NCBI RefSeq assembly: GCF_963676685.1
Contig: NC_092350.1
Location: 61,318,001-61,382,000 of the forward strand
DNA from: Mytilus edulis
Lineage: Eukaryota
Reading direction: 5' to 3'
DNA length: 64,000 bases
Shown here: positions 26,454 to 39,189 of the stretch, piece by piece
Numbering within the stretch: the first letter of the stretch is position 1
Layout: the number at the start of each line of letters is the position of its first letter
Position numbers and translations under genes: made by a program
Notes under the pieces: generated by a model
Told to the model about the DNA's origin: nothing
What the model saw: the letters and a program-made list of their open reading frames with translations, nothing else
Databases searched by the model: none

Positions 26454-27074
26454 TTTTAAAGATTCAATCGATACTTCCTATATTAATTCTTTAGTTACGT
26501 TTTCTATTCTTTCAAATATACGTATGATCTAAATTCGTGTAATTTGTAAAAGTTTATAATTTTATGGTTCGTTCTGGGCTGGGACTCAATATTTATTCAT
26601 CTTCATTTATGTTATGTACCTGTTATAGGACAAAATATTATCTGTATTTATAATGTCTTAGATTTGATCAGTACTATACCAATTCTAGAAGCTAAATATA
26701 TATATTATATATATGTACATGTTCATGTCAAGAAACGATACTGTATTTGGTGTATATAACTCTGCTATCAATAAACAAGTAAATTGGCTCACAGACCCCC
26801 CCCCCCCCCGAAAAATAAAAAAAAAGTTGAAATGGCGTAGGTATAACCATTTAACATATTAGTTCAACCGATTTTTTTCCTTTTTTTTCCTTTTTGTTAA
26901 AAGAAAATAAGGAATAAGAAAATAAGAAATAAGTATTTCATGTATAAAATTGTACTGTGTCATGCGATTCCGTTTGGTGTGTAATAATTTGATAATTAAA
27001 TGTTTTGTCTAAACAATTTACAAGAAATATATCAACATAATCCAACTAACACTACAATTTATAATTTTAATTAG

Positions 27075-29720
27075 AGGGAACCTCTGACATGTGACTGTTC
27101 CCACTCGCCTTACAAGTACAGCCCCTCTGGTCATGTTATTACTGGGAATCTAAACATAATTCAACATGAAAATCCCCGAAAGGTGATTTCTCGTGGTCCC
27201 AAGTTTAGAGAACCCCAACACATCAATTGGAACCATAACTTCAAAATAATTATAGATTCCATTGAGGACTACGCCAGGTCATGGGCTAAACGAGAAGAAG
27301 TTCAACTGGACACTTTGTCACAATGGGTCAAAACAATCAGGTCTCTGATAAAACGTCGCATTCATAAGTTGAAATACTGTGTAAATGATCGACCTGGGTC
27401 CATTTTCAGTGGCAGAGAGGCTGTAAAATGTCTATCATCTCTTCAAGATAAGTATGTTGTTGTTCCTGCGGACAAAGCTTCAAATAATATTGTCTTTATA
27501 TGTAAATCGTATTACTACGATTAGGAATAAATGAGCACTCAGGTAATCCTACATACAAAAGCATATCATTTGACAAGGATGAGATTTCGGCGAATCATAA
27601 GTCCTTCATAGCTTCTATGAACATTGCATTGAACAACAAATCGGAGGACTTACCTTGTTTGTATTGGATACCTAAACTTCACAAAATTCCGTACAAACAA
27701 CGGTACATTGCCGGCTCATCTGCATGTTCTACTAAAGAATTGTCCATTAGATTGACTAAAATTCTGTCCGCAGTTAAAGAGGGTCTTCAGATATACTGTG
27801 AAACTGTTTACTCGCGTAGTGGTATTAACCATATGTGGATTCTTAAAAACTCTAAAGAACTTCTGGATAATTTTAAATCTCGGTCTTTTTCTGAAATTAG
27901 TTCTATCAAAACTTTTGATTTTTTAACCTTGTATACAACCATTCCCCATGTGAAATTGAAAAACCGTCTAAAAGAAATAATCCACAATGCTTTTCATCAT
28001 AAAAATGGTAGCATACGCTATAAATTTATCACTTTGGATACCATAAGGCATATTTTGTTAATAAGGAACAAAAGGGTAAAATATACTACACAGAGGAACA
28101 AGTGATCAGTATGCTGGAGTTTCTTATTGACAACATATTTGTTGAATTTGGAGGTAGACTTTTTCAACAAATTGTCGGCATTCCTATAGAAACGAACTAT
28201 GCGCCTCTCCTTGTCGACCTCTTCTTATTTTCATATGAATCAGAGTTCCTTCAGACACTTGTCAAAAACAAGAAGATCAAAGAAGCCTGGTTATTTAATT
28301 TCACTTTCAGATATATTGATGATGTTCTTTCCATTAACAATCCGAACTTTTCTGATTGGGTTCCATTAATATACCCACCAGAACTAGAAATTAAAGAGAC
28401 AACAGACACGGCTTCCTCCGCCTCAATTTTAGACTTTTACCTCGAATTTGACATACACAGTCATCTCAGTACCAGAATTTATGAAAAACGAGACGATTTT
28501 AATTTTGAAATTATCAATTTTCCCCACCTTAGTAGTAATATACCAACTTCACCTGCATATGGAATATACATTGTCACGTAAAGTAGCTATAACAAAAAAA
28601 ACCAGACTTAACAGTAAAAGTAATAATAATAAATAAAATAATTGTGCGGTTCAAAGTATGACGGGATACATAAGTACAGAGTCATGTCAAATGTATATCA
28701 TAAAAAAACAGACTTAACAGAAAAAGTAGTATTAATGAATAAAATAGTTTTGTCATTCAAAGTATGACAAGATCCGTAAGTAAAAGTTATATTAATAAAT
28801 GAAATAATTTTGTCGTTCAAAGTATGATGTTTTACATAAGCACAGACTCACATCAAATGAATATCTCAAAAAACTGACTTAACAGTAAAAGTAATATTAA
28901 TAAAGACAAATAAAAGAATACTATAACACGTAATTAAGAAGATAACCAACGTCAGTACGCAAAATCTATACTTCAAGACCATCTTGTATTATTTGTGAAG
29001 TTGATACGGAATATTTATCAACAAGTTCTTGGTAGCTTCCGATGAACTTTTTTTTAGAAAAAGGATGAGACGTTCTTTGACATACCCCTGGTTCATCAAC
29101 TTTCTGTTCAGACACTGGTGACGTTTTACAAAGTCTGAATAGGAGCTGAAAGGTCTTGAATACCGAATAAGTTGGCTCTGCATTTATGTATGCCGTCATA
29201 CTTTGAACGACAAAATTATTTTATGTCTTCCTGTGCGAATTTCAAACGCGCAATTTTACACCAGTAATGAAAACCTTCCATCCTTTATTGGTAGACTTTA
29301 AATAGATAAAGAAAATCGTATAAGATAGGCAAAATGAGAATGTTAAATTTCATGTATGCCTTTTTGTGCTTCTTCGTTACATTTGTTGTTTTATAGTGAT
29401 TACGATGATAACATAATGTTGACTGCTGTACCCCTATTTTTGACATTTTCACTCTTTGAGTATGTTTGTTTTGATCACACATCGTTGACAATGTAATGGA
29501 ATTTGATGCGACTGTCATATAAGTGAGAGGTTTAGCTAGCTATAAAACCAGGTTCAATCCACCATTTTCTACATTAGAAAATGCCTGTACCAAGTCAGGA
29601 ATATGACAGTTGTTATCCATTCGTTTGATGTGTTTGGACTTTTGATTTTGCCTTTTGAGTTTGGACTTTCCTTTTTGAATTTTCCTCGGAGTTCAGTATT
29701 TTTGTGTTTTTAATTTTTAT
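27075..29720 (+). mobile_element. Penelope-like retroelement (frameshifted RT) with an internally inverted segment, in the 5' intron of TRIM copy 3
   Basis: VPADKASNN, LYWIPKLHK, TFDFLTLYTTIPH, QIVGIPI...APLLVDLFL and RYIDDVL motifs; the C-terminus SQLIRYSR...DGLEV is on the minus strand at 29183-28966. Confidence 0.92.
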
Positions 29721-29974
29721 ATGATCAATGGAAATGACTGAGTTGTTTTAGTCAACAGTCATGATTAATTAGAATTTATCCTCTAACTCAATATGATAAA
29801 TAGCTGCACGTTTCAAACGAACAATTGATGTTTGTAAAACCTAAAGATAATGTACTTTATGTTTAAAGCAAATCGAAACTGAATTTCTTGATTTGATATA
29901 AATTTCAATTACCCTATTTTACAATTTCGATTATTTGACTATTGGAACGGTTTCCATTTGGGAATATGTACTGT

Positions 29975-30100
29975 TGATTGATTGATTATTGGTGTTAAAC
30001 GCCACTTTCGCCACTCGGCTAACTTATAGCGGTCAGTTTTTATTTGTAAAGGAGACCGGAGTTCCCGGTTATAACCAACGACCTCCGACAGGCAAAATAA
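29975..30100. mobile_element. SINE remnant upstream of the splice acceptor, shared by TRIM copies 1, 2, 3 and 5
   Basis: (TTGA)n, TTAAACGCCAC and GGA.ACCGGAGT.CCCGG motifs at 14440-14560, 22130-22200, 29975-30100 and 46225-46330. Confidence 0.6.
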
Positions 30101-30214
30101 ATTAAGCCATGCAGGTTGATGTTGGTGGTTGATAGGGTGCTGTTGTTTTAAACTTTTACATAAAACTATTGTTATGACTGATCTTTTTTTATATTAATTT
30201 TAAGCTTGTGTTTA

Positions 30215-31912
30215 ATGGCGACGTCATTTCAAAACTGTGGTGTATGTGAACTCCGTCACATCACAAATCCATCCATTGTCTGGTGTACAGAATGTGACGA
30301 GGGACTATGTACAGAATGCCAGGAACATCATAGTTTATCTAAGGCATCTAGGAGGCATAGTGTGATACCGATTACCGGTTACCAGAAATTACCAACTAAT
30401 CTTCTGAAAGTTACTCAGTACTGTAGCAAACACAATGAAAAGTATCAAATTTATTGCCAGATGCATGAAAGTCCCTGCTGCAGCAAGTGTATTGTTGAGG
30501 ACCATAAAGATTGCCAGGATATCGTCAATTTAGATGACGTCATTCATAATGTCAAAACCTCCAATGCCCTACTCGAGATAGAGGACACATTAGTTGAAGC
30601 AGCAGAAAATATACAGAAAATTCGCCAGCACCAACAGAACAATCTGTCGACTTTATATGAAAAGAGAAAGGAAATTGAAAATGAAATAAAGAATATTAGA
30701 ATAAAGATCAACAGTCATCTCGATAAACTACAAGAAGATTTATTGAAACAACTCTATTCGATCGAAGAAAAAGAAAACTTGAAAATTTGTCAGTTATTGT
30801 CAAAATTAGAAAACAAAGAAAAAGAAATAAAAGAATACCAAAGAAATATTATGAACATCAAGCAACAAGCAACAGACCTTCAAGTGTTTCTTTCCATGAA
30901 GCAAATAAAAGAAGGCGTATATAGCAAAGGTATATTTCTGCACTCGATTATAGAAGGCGAGGAGGGACATTGTTTTTCATATGAGATCAACCCCTCTATC
31001 CAGAATATCATGTCCGATATCGAAAGTTTCGGAGAGGTGAATATTGAAGCTAAACCTTGCGATATAGTTCTGACCAAAAAAAAGGCCAAACAAGCCCAAG
31101 TGATGGTACCACAATTAACCGTTCAATCAAGATCCATTAGAAATATAAAGCTAACGATACACAAGATCATTAACACTAAAGAAAATGTCTTCAGCTGTTG
31201 CATACTACCTGATGATAGAACGGTGTTTACTTTCTTCATTGAATCGACAGTAAAGGTATTCAACAATAAAGGATTAAAAGGCTTTAAGGTGAAGATGCCG
31301 TGTGAACCTTTTGATATAGTGTACATCAGTCAGGATAATACATTGGCTGTTACATCTGGAGGTTCAGCGAAAAATTGTATTACCATTATAGACTTGGCGA
31401 GAAAAAAAATCAGGAAGATAATTACACTGGATTCGCATAATTATGGAATAGCACTGAAAGATAATCGATTGATTTATTCCGGTTACGACAAAGGTATATG
31501 CATGATCAATATGTACGACGAGTCAACGCGTGACATACATGACATAGTTAAAGATGCAATGCCAAGTGAAAGTTACATTGCAACATTAAGGGACAATATA
31601 TATTATACTAACAACGTCACAAACGTTGTAACGTGCTGTAATCTAAAAGGTGAAATACAATGGACATTCCAAAATGAAAGCGTTCTGAAGAGTCCTCGGG
31701 GTATAGATGTAGATAGTGATGGTAATGTGTACGTGGTAGGGATATTGTCAAACAATGTTGTAGTTATCTCCCCTGACGGACAACTACATAGTGAAATATT
31801 GACAGCAGCAGATGGTCTAAATAGACCTTCCTCGCTTCATTATAGTGAACCAAGGAACCAGTTGCTAGTTGCAGGCTACAATGACAAGGCTCATTTGTTT
31901 GATTTTATTTGA
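30215..31912 (+). CDS. TRIM-like copy 3, intact RING-less B-box1/B-box2/coiled-coil/NHL-like beta-propeller protein (565 aa)
   Basis: CxxC...WCTECDEGLCTECQEHH (B-box 1), C.KH...YC..H..PCC..C...H (B-box 2), E/K/Q-rich heptads, and PRGIDVDSDGNVYVV...NNVVVISPDG NHL-type blades; acceptor TAAG at 30201-30204. Confidence 0.93.
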   Translation: MATSFQNCGVCELRHITNPSIVWCTECDEGLCTECQEHHSLSKASRRHSVIPITGYQKLPTNLLKVTQYCSKHNEKYQIYCQMHESPCCSKCIVEDHKDCQDIVNLDDVIHNVKTSNALLEIEDTLVEAAENIQKIRQHQQNNLSTLYEKRKEIENEIKNIRIKINSHLDKLQEDLLKQLYSIEEKENLKICQLLSKLENKEKEIKEYQRNIMNIKQQATDLQVFLSMKQIKEGVYSKGIFLHSIIEGEEGHCFSYEINPSIQNIMSDIESFGEVNIEAKPCDIVLTKKKAKQAQVMVPQLTVQSRSIRNIKLTIHKIINTKENVFSCCILPDDRTVFTFFIESTVKVFNNKGLKGFKVKMPCEPFDIVYISQDNTLAVTSGGSAKNCITIIDLARKKIRKIITLDSHNYGIALKDNRLIYSGYDKGICMINMYDESTRDIHDIVKDAMPSESYIATLRDNIYYTNNVTNVVTCCNLKGEIQWTFQNESVLKSPRGIDVDSDGNVYVVGILSNNVVVISPDGQLHSEILTAADGLNRPSSLHYSEPRNQLLVAGYNDKAHLFDFI

Positions 31913-32159
31913 GGTCTTTCTTTGCAATATTTTGAATTAATGGGTTTCCGAAACATGTTTCGTTTATTTTGTCAGCTATAAAATATTAAGTGATTGTTTG
32001 AAAAACAATATTATGCATTCAATTATTGTATTTATTGAGCTTTGTACTACATAGACACGATGAGCCGGATTTTTAATGTGACCGATCACAAGGTAACCGA
32101 CCTTATGGAGACATGTCACCCTTCAAGTACACATAATTCTGACTCCGAGCAGACTTCAT

Positions 32160-33270
32160 ATTTCAATGAATGTAATCTATGAATTACTGGTAAATGTTTA
32201 AGTCAGGGATTTCGTTACCACAAATTACTTTAAACCTTTACTAAATTCTTCCATAGATATAAAGATTAGTTTTGAAGTTTGGTTGTTCTTGATGAAAACT
32301 TAATTCAAACGGGATAGCACCCGCTCATTTGTACGGAGATGTTGTATATCGAGCCCGGAAACTTGGAAACGATCCGGGTAAACTTATTGATCCTTTGATA
32401 ATCTCATTCTAAAATGTTATTAATTCAACACTGTAGTATTTCAATATTGTTTTTATTTCTATTTATACTGATTTTGTTATCAGTAAATTGAGATCAAACT
32501 TTAAATATTATTTGTATATATATGCACACCATGTCTCTACAATCTGCCGATACCTTTATCTTGTCATTGCACAAGGTCATGTTTTTCTCAGACTGTTTAT
32601 GACGTCTTCACACTTAAACCATTGGAGGTTGCATGCGTACTGATTGATATTTTTGTCTTAGATAAAATTGATAATGGAAAGTGCCAAGAGGCAACAACCC
32701 GACCAAAGGACAGAAAAACAGCAGAATGCCACCAATGGGTCTTAAACACGGCGAAAAAATCCCACACCCAGGGTCGGCTTCAGCTGTTCCCCAAACAAAA
32801 AGTGTACTAGTTCAGTGAATGTGCATAATTTTTTTCATTAGTTGTTTTTGGCTTTAAATTAGCTGTCAATAAATGCAAGAACTCTGAGATATGTACTTAT
32901 TGTTTTTCTGTTGTGGGGATGTCTAAGTAACCGTCCAGGTCCACTCTGTGTTTTTTGTATTTCTATGTGTATCCATCTGATAAGTTAAGCCTTTTTCAAC
33001 TTATTTTCATAGTTTGTTCTTATGTTGTACTGTTACACCACTGTCCCAGGTTAGGGAAGGGTTGGCGCCTTCAAATGAGTTTAACCCCGCCACATTCTGT
33101 ATGTGCCTGTCCCAAGTCAGGAGCATGTAATTCAGTGGTTGTCTTTTGTTGCTCAGTGTGTAATATATTTGTTTTTCGTTCATTATTTTGTACATAAATT
33201 AGGCCGTTAGTTTTCCCGTTTGAACTGTTTTACACTTGTCATTTTGGGGGCTTTTATAGCTGACTATGCG
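32160..33270 (+). mobile_element. Decayed 3' part of another Penelope-like family with its terminal repeat region
   Basis: Remnant ITGKCLSQGFRYHKLL..FTKFFHRYKD...NGIA..HLYGDVVYRARK, followed by repeats shared with 49350-50750. Confidence 0.65.
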
Positions 33271-33899
33271 TTATGTTGTTCCGTTCCATTACGTTTAGTG
33301 CCTTATCTGGATGACTATTGGTATTTGTGGAACTGAACGGGTCAAAGCAAACTTTACATATTTGATGTATTTTTTATTTATCTTCGTTTTTTGTGTACTT
33401 AATCATTATTTGTTACATGTTGTGCCATAATTAAGTATGGATGTATTCCTTAACAGAGAAATTTCACAGATGTGAAAGTAAATATATGATACCAATCGAT
33501 TTTGAAAATTTCTGACCTGTCATTCCAGAGTTATCGGACTTTGGACCATCAAATAAATTAAGGGTAATAGTTTATAAGTTATGCAATAAATCTTGTATGA
33601 TGCAGCATATAGCAATGTTATTCAGAGAAGGCAAAATTATGCATTATTCCGATATTGAATACCCGGTGGAATACTCCTAGTTTTACAAGTATATACAATA
33701 TTTATCATGTCTCGAGGCTTTCATACACATTGGTGACCATATATCTACTATTTCATGCTGACCAATATGACCTTATCCAAATTACAAGGAAACAATATGA
33801 ACCGATATTTGTTAGCTAATGCACGGCTGAAAATCTAGATCGTGCACCTAAAGTGTTCCTCTACTAATTTTAAGTTCTAGTGCCTATCCGAAAGCAAAT

Positions 33900-34185
33900 G
33901 TTTTTACTAGAGTGGAATAGTAGCTTTCCTTTGGTGTATTTGGCAAAGCCTTTCCTATTTTCAGGTCCTCAATGCGTCTCAGCTTTGCACTTTATTTGGT
34001 CTTGTAACTATATAACCAAAAAAGTTGTAGCTTTTCAATATCTTTACTAAGGTGGAATAGTAGCTTTCCTTGGGTGTATTTGGCAAAGCCTTTCCTATTT
34101 TTAGGTCCTCAATGCGCTTCAGCTTTGCATTTTGTTTGGTCTTGTAACCATGTAACAAAAAAATTGTAGCTTCTCAAAATCTTTA
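33900..34185 (+). repeat. Two-copy tandem repeat with a 140-bp unit, derived from the retrozyme body
   Basis: TTTACTA.(A/G)GTGGAATAGTAGCTTTCCTT at 33903 and 34043; contains GTATTTGGCA...GGTCCTCAATGC as in the 360-bp unit. Confidence 0.8.
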
Positions 34186-37100
34186 ACATTATAAATAAAT
34201 ATTTAATACATACACTATCATGGTAAGCCATTCACAGCTGCTCAAATTTCCCTGGACTAATAAAATCTTTAGTTGAAAAATACAGAATCTATTCTTCATT
34301 AATTATTTTTTGAACAAATAAATCGTCATATCAATAATCACTGATAGAATTGACAAATCTAATATATTTTTGATATTTTCCTTTCTAAATATAGACGTCA
34401 AAATTAAACTCATTAAAGTAAGAATCAGTTGTTGACGAATTGTATGATGAACCATTCTGATTGGTCCAGAATATTTAAGGAAAACTATCAGATACACAAT
34501 TTATAAATTGGAGATAGCCGTATGTTGATATTGATGATTTATGGTAAACCTAGAACAAATGTGAAATATATGAAAATAAGAAAATATATATATTTATAAA
34601 CATAAATGTTAACCTGATAATTATGTTTGAGCTTTCTTAAAGTTCAGCACTACTTTATTTAAGGAAAAGGTTTCTGTGGGTAAGCATATACCAAAGTCGC
34701 ATCAGTATCTATCCCAGATAAATCATATGGGTCTTAGAAAATTGTTTAATTCCAAGTGTTTTTGTTTGATAGAGAACATTAATGTTCCTAAATAGCAATC
34801 CTGAGCTGTTTTTATAGGATGGCACGGCAACTGACTCTCGGAAAGTTTTTTCAGCATAAAAACAGAAAGCTATTTCTACATTGTTTTATGTCTGTTAATG
34901 CTATTATAGAAATATCTTAAGTAAGTACAAAATTTCGGCAAATTGTTGTCTCTTTCAGATAAGATTGATATGATAGTCACTTGCCCTTAAAAAAAACGAA
35001 TGTCGAACCTTGCATTTGCCAATTTGGAGCTTTTTCTTCTTATCAGAAAATGCAAGATGGTCGTCACCGTGGAACACAGTTGAACATAGAACCCTCTGAG
35101 AAAAAAACATAGAAAATGCTCATAAAATATCTGGTGGGGGCACAACCAATACATAATTTCTGTAGAGAAAACACTGTCAAGCATACTAACAAAAATTTAA
35201 CAATTACTATCCACACTGATCTGTGTCCACACTTGTTACATTTGAATAAAATGCATTTCTTGCCATTAAATCTTTCATTGCAAAAAGTATATATAATTAT
35301 GTAAGAAAGATTAGAGTTATCCCTCTTTATATTAGACATTATGTTTATGATAGTGATGTTATCAACCAATAAGTCGTGTAAGAATGCATTTAAGTTATCA
35401 TATTATTTATCTGTATTTGCTTTGATTTATATACCTGTGTTTTGGCACTGTGATTAGGTTTATAAAAAAAATAATTTGAATTTGAATTTATACCCGAGTC
35501 AAACTTTTAGGTTCGTGAAACAATAAATAATGATATGACAGTATATTACCTTTCTAACGTCACAATACCCAAATTGCACCTATTTAGCAAACATAGCAGC
35601 GAAATTCTTACAAGTTAGATACTAAACAATTCGTTTTTTTTTTTTTTATAATTTGACATTATGCTCGTCTTTCAAGTAAGTAAATATATCTAAATATTCA
35701 CAAAACTTTCAACAGATGGTGTATTCACTGGGTAAAGTAAAATCTACGGAAACGTCGCCATGCGATATCCACAAAACGTCATCTTTTAAAAAAAAAAAAA
35801 AAATATGTAACGAGCACCATTTTTTTTAAAAATGAATAGTTAGCATGGACTTATGTCAAATTGATCGAAATATTTGAAGAAAAAAAAACAACATGATCTG
35901 TGATTCGATTTTTAAGGTTGTGAATTTAAGCATGAATGCAATTTGGGTCCTCTTCATTACAAAATCATGGAAAGTTTTGTTTGGGTCATAAATAAATGTA
36001 GGCGAAAAAACTGTCAAAATAAGTGCAATTTGGGTACCATCACGTTATATATGTATGTCAATTAAAAAGCAACTAACGGTATGGTGCGAACACGGGTAAA
36101 TTTATAAGTCGATACAATCATCTTAGTCGCTATAAGACACATACCCAACTTTGGACCTATGTTGTAGGCCTTCCGAGAATATAGCCTCCTTTATCTTTAG
36201 GTCCAGCAAGCCGTAGGCCAGTGCCTTTCACTTGCGACTAGTGTGACAATACGATCCCAACCAAAAAGATGTGGTTGATCTCATGTGCTCCGGAAGGGTA
36301 AGCGCATATCAATACCACTTTCCCCGGTTACCTAAGGGCATCGGTTACCTCAGGGCCTACATTAGCGGACCTTTCTTCCACCTGCATATCATGCGCCTTG
36401 ATGAATTACCATTATCAAATCAATATCAATCCTTTTGTGATTATTTTTTGGAGAGCCTCACATGTATATAATATATAGCCTATATTGCGATTTAAATTAA
36501 AACGCGATTCCTTAGACGTACAACCTGTTTCTCGCTTATCGTTCCACTGTAAAACTAAAATACTATTTGTTATTGTAATGCAATAAAATTGAGAATGGAA
36601 ATGAGGATTGTGCCAAAGAGACAACAACCCGACCAAAGAGCAGACAACAGCCGAATGCCAACAATGGGTCTTTTTTCTGTTTACTCCTTTACTATATCAA
36701 TAACATACTGTTTGTCAGGTTTTTGTATCCCCATTCATCGCAAAAATGGTAAAGTATAACAAACAAATTAAAAATGCGGACTTTTAAATTGTAGCAGGTA
36801 AAAGCTTTTACCTCAAATTAACAAATCTAACTTGAATATTCTGCTTGACTTTCCAAAATCAATTACATTTGTATTTTATTTTGTCGTTACACAAGTTAGG
36901 TGTGATCTATTTTTGTTACTTATTTCATTATTATAAAAAAAAATGCAGAAAGATTCAAATAAAAGAATAATAAAAAGTGTGTGGATTAACGAAAAGGACT
37001 CTTGACAATCCGATAAGACATACCAGACTTTCAAAAAGTATCTTGTTGGCTTCAATAAATAAATAAACAATAAATTTGTATCTGTGAAAATTTATTGTAT

Positions 37101-38370
37101 TTCGTCTTTCTACTGGGAATGATTGTCATCAGATTTTAAACGTTTAATGTTACCTCAGTTCTTCGATTTTTAGGCATGATTAAATTAATTGGCGCTATTT
37201 TCTTATTATTTTCTAGCTTGATCGTCTTAATATTGTTCCCTAGCTAATTTGTTAGCTAGCTTGATACGTCTTATTTTTAACTATAGCTTTATACGTCTTA
37301 TTTTTTCTACATTATAGATATAGTAAAATGCAAACATCGTTAAAAAGATATCAGGGAAAACAGTCCGCATAGTTAAATTGTTTTTGTTGGGTTTTTTTTA
37401 CCGGTATTTTATCTATTGTTTCTTTTTTGTAGGTAACAAGTGTACCAAACTGGAAGTGGGCTCCATCCGTAAAATATTCAGTATGCCGTCGGAATATACA
37501 AATATTAACAATAATACTGTAAAACTTGTCAAAAACAGCCGGGTACCAGTCTTATCTAACAGCAGACGAAAAGCGCGCTAATAGCCGCATGCCGTACATC
37601 ACGTTATTTCGCGTATTTTCAACATAATAAACAACGGTGCCAGCCTAAATAAACATGTCTTAGGATTATTCACACAACCGTGTGCAACAAGACTGTGAAT
37701 ACGGCGGTAAGTGTATTTGGCCAATTTGCAAACTTATTTATTTGAATGATTTAAGTACGAAATTTGGCATCCTTTACCTGGTCCCGGAATTATGGGTTCA
37801 CATTTTAGCCCTCCCTTACTTTTACATTCTGTTTTTTTTCCAGTATTTTTTTCTTTCTTTTTTTTTTAAGCGCCACTTACAATATTTAAGTACAAATGAA
37901 AACTACATTAAAATTTAGTAATTATAATATTACAAGAGAAGATGATATACATGAGTGATTACCCTGTCATCACGACAAAGATTGGAGATTCTAATGCAAT
38001 TTGGATGTAACTATTTTTTTCATTGGCTAAAAGTTGCCGTCAAATCCACAGTTGACCAGGCGTAACTAAGGAGGGACCCGCCATTTTGAATTGATTGAAT
38101 CAACAAATGTTCGATTACTACTACATAATTGAAAATAAAACAACACCAACCTCGAATATGCCGTTTTAATGTAATTTTATCCCAATTTGAAGCGTACAGG
38201 TAACGTAATAACCTCCAGTTTGTAAGTTTTCATTTGTATGACGTCGCGTTTAGCCATGACGTCTTTGTTTCAAAATCATTCATGAAGTTTCGCGGATTTT
38301 TTTCTGTTTGTCAAATTTAGACATTTTTCAAGTTTTATCGTATTTTTTCTTTTTGTAATGCATTAGAATC

Positions 38371-38535
38371 GGAATAACAGTACTGTAGTTGAAGAGTTGC
38401 CACCGTAAATTTTGATTTGACGGTCGCAAATCTCCGTTTTACTGTCTCCGCTACGCGTCGCCAGTAAAACTTCATTTGCGACCGTCAAATCTACAATTGA
38501 CGGTGGCAACTCTTTAACTACAATACTGTTATTCC
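38371..38535. repeat. Long imperfect palindrome (~165 bp), probably the end of a non-autonomous DNA element
   Basis: GGAATAACAGTACTGTAGTTGAAGAGTTGCCACCGT... pairs with ...ACGGTGGCAACTCTTTAACTACAATACTGTTATTCC; followed by TTAA. Confidence 0.88.
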
Positions 38536-39189
38536 TTAATTGAAGAGTTTAGGGGACCAAACCCGTGTCCCCATAAAGTAAATAAAAAAACAACTCAACA
38601 ATGGCCTGATCTGTCACATGTATGCAATACAATACAACACAAAGTTTTTTATTGTCAATTATGACGCCCAATAATTTGAGCAGTACAATTAATTTCAATT
38701 TCATACAAGTGATTACATATTGATTACATTGATTATTTAACAATTAAACAAAGTCAAGTCTTTTTCAACCAAATAAATTCTACAGAAAAGATATATATAT
38801 ATTATAGTTTTGCAATATAATATAGATGGCATCATTTACTGAAATTGAAGTCTTTTGAAATAATATACTCGAAATACTTTGATAAAAAAAACTAACAAGA
38901 AAATAAGAACGGAGGCCCCCATTTTATCTTTTGGTTGTCTGAAAACAAATTCCGAGATCTATTTCCATGAATGGTTGAAAATCATATCAGCAATTTTCTT
39001 TTCTTATCATATACCATTGCATTACATTTTGCATATTGGTTAAAAATGTCATAATCATTGGAAAATAAACCATTGACTTGGCGTCATTTTCATTTTGGGG
39101 TACGAACAATGAAATCAAACATGGGTCTTCAGATTAGTACGTTTATTTTTCTTGAATTTTAATTCATTCCAGACTTCTCTTGCATTGGA

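Noticed and set aside
27075-28581. Active autonomous retroelement or selenoprotein-type read-through
   Set aside because: The breaks are frameshifts rather than in-frame TGA at Cys positions, the element is 5' truncated and its 3' end is inverted.
30215-31912. Assigning a gene symbol such as TRIM71, TRIM2/3, TRIM45 or TRIM56
   Set aside because: No RING or filamin domain, a single coding exon and lineage-specific tandem expansion; orthology cannot be supported from the sequence.
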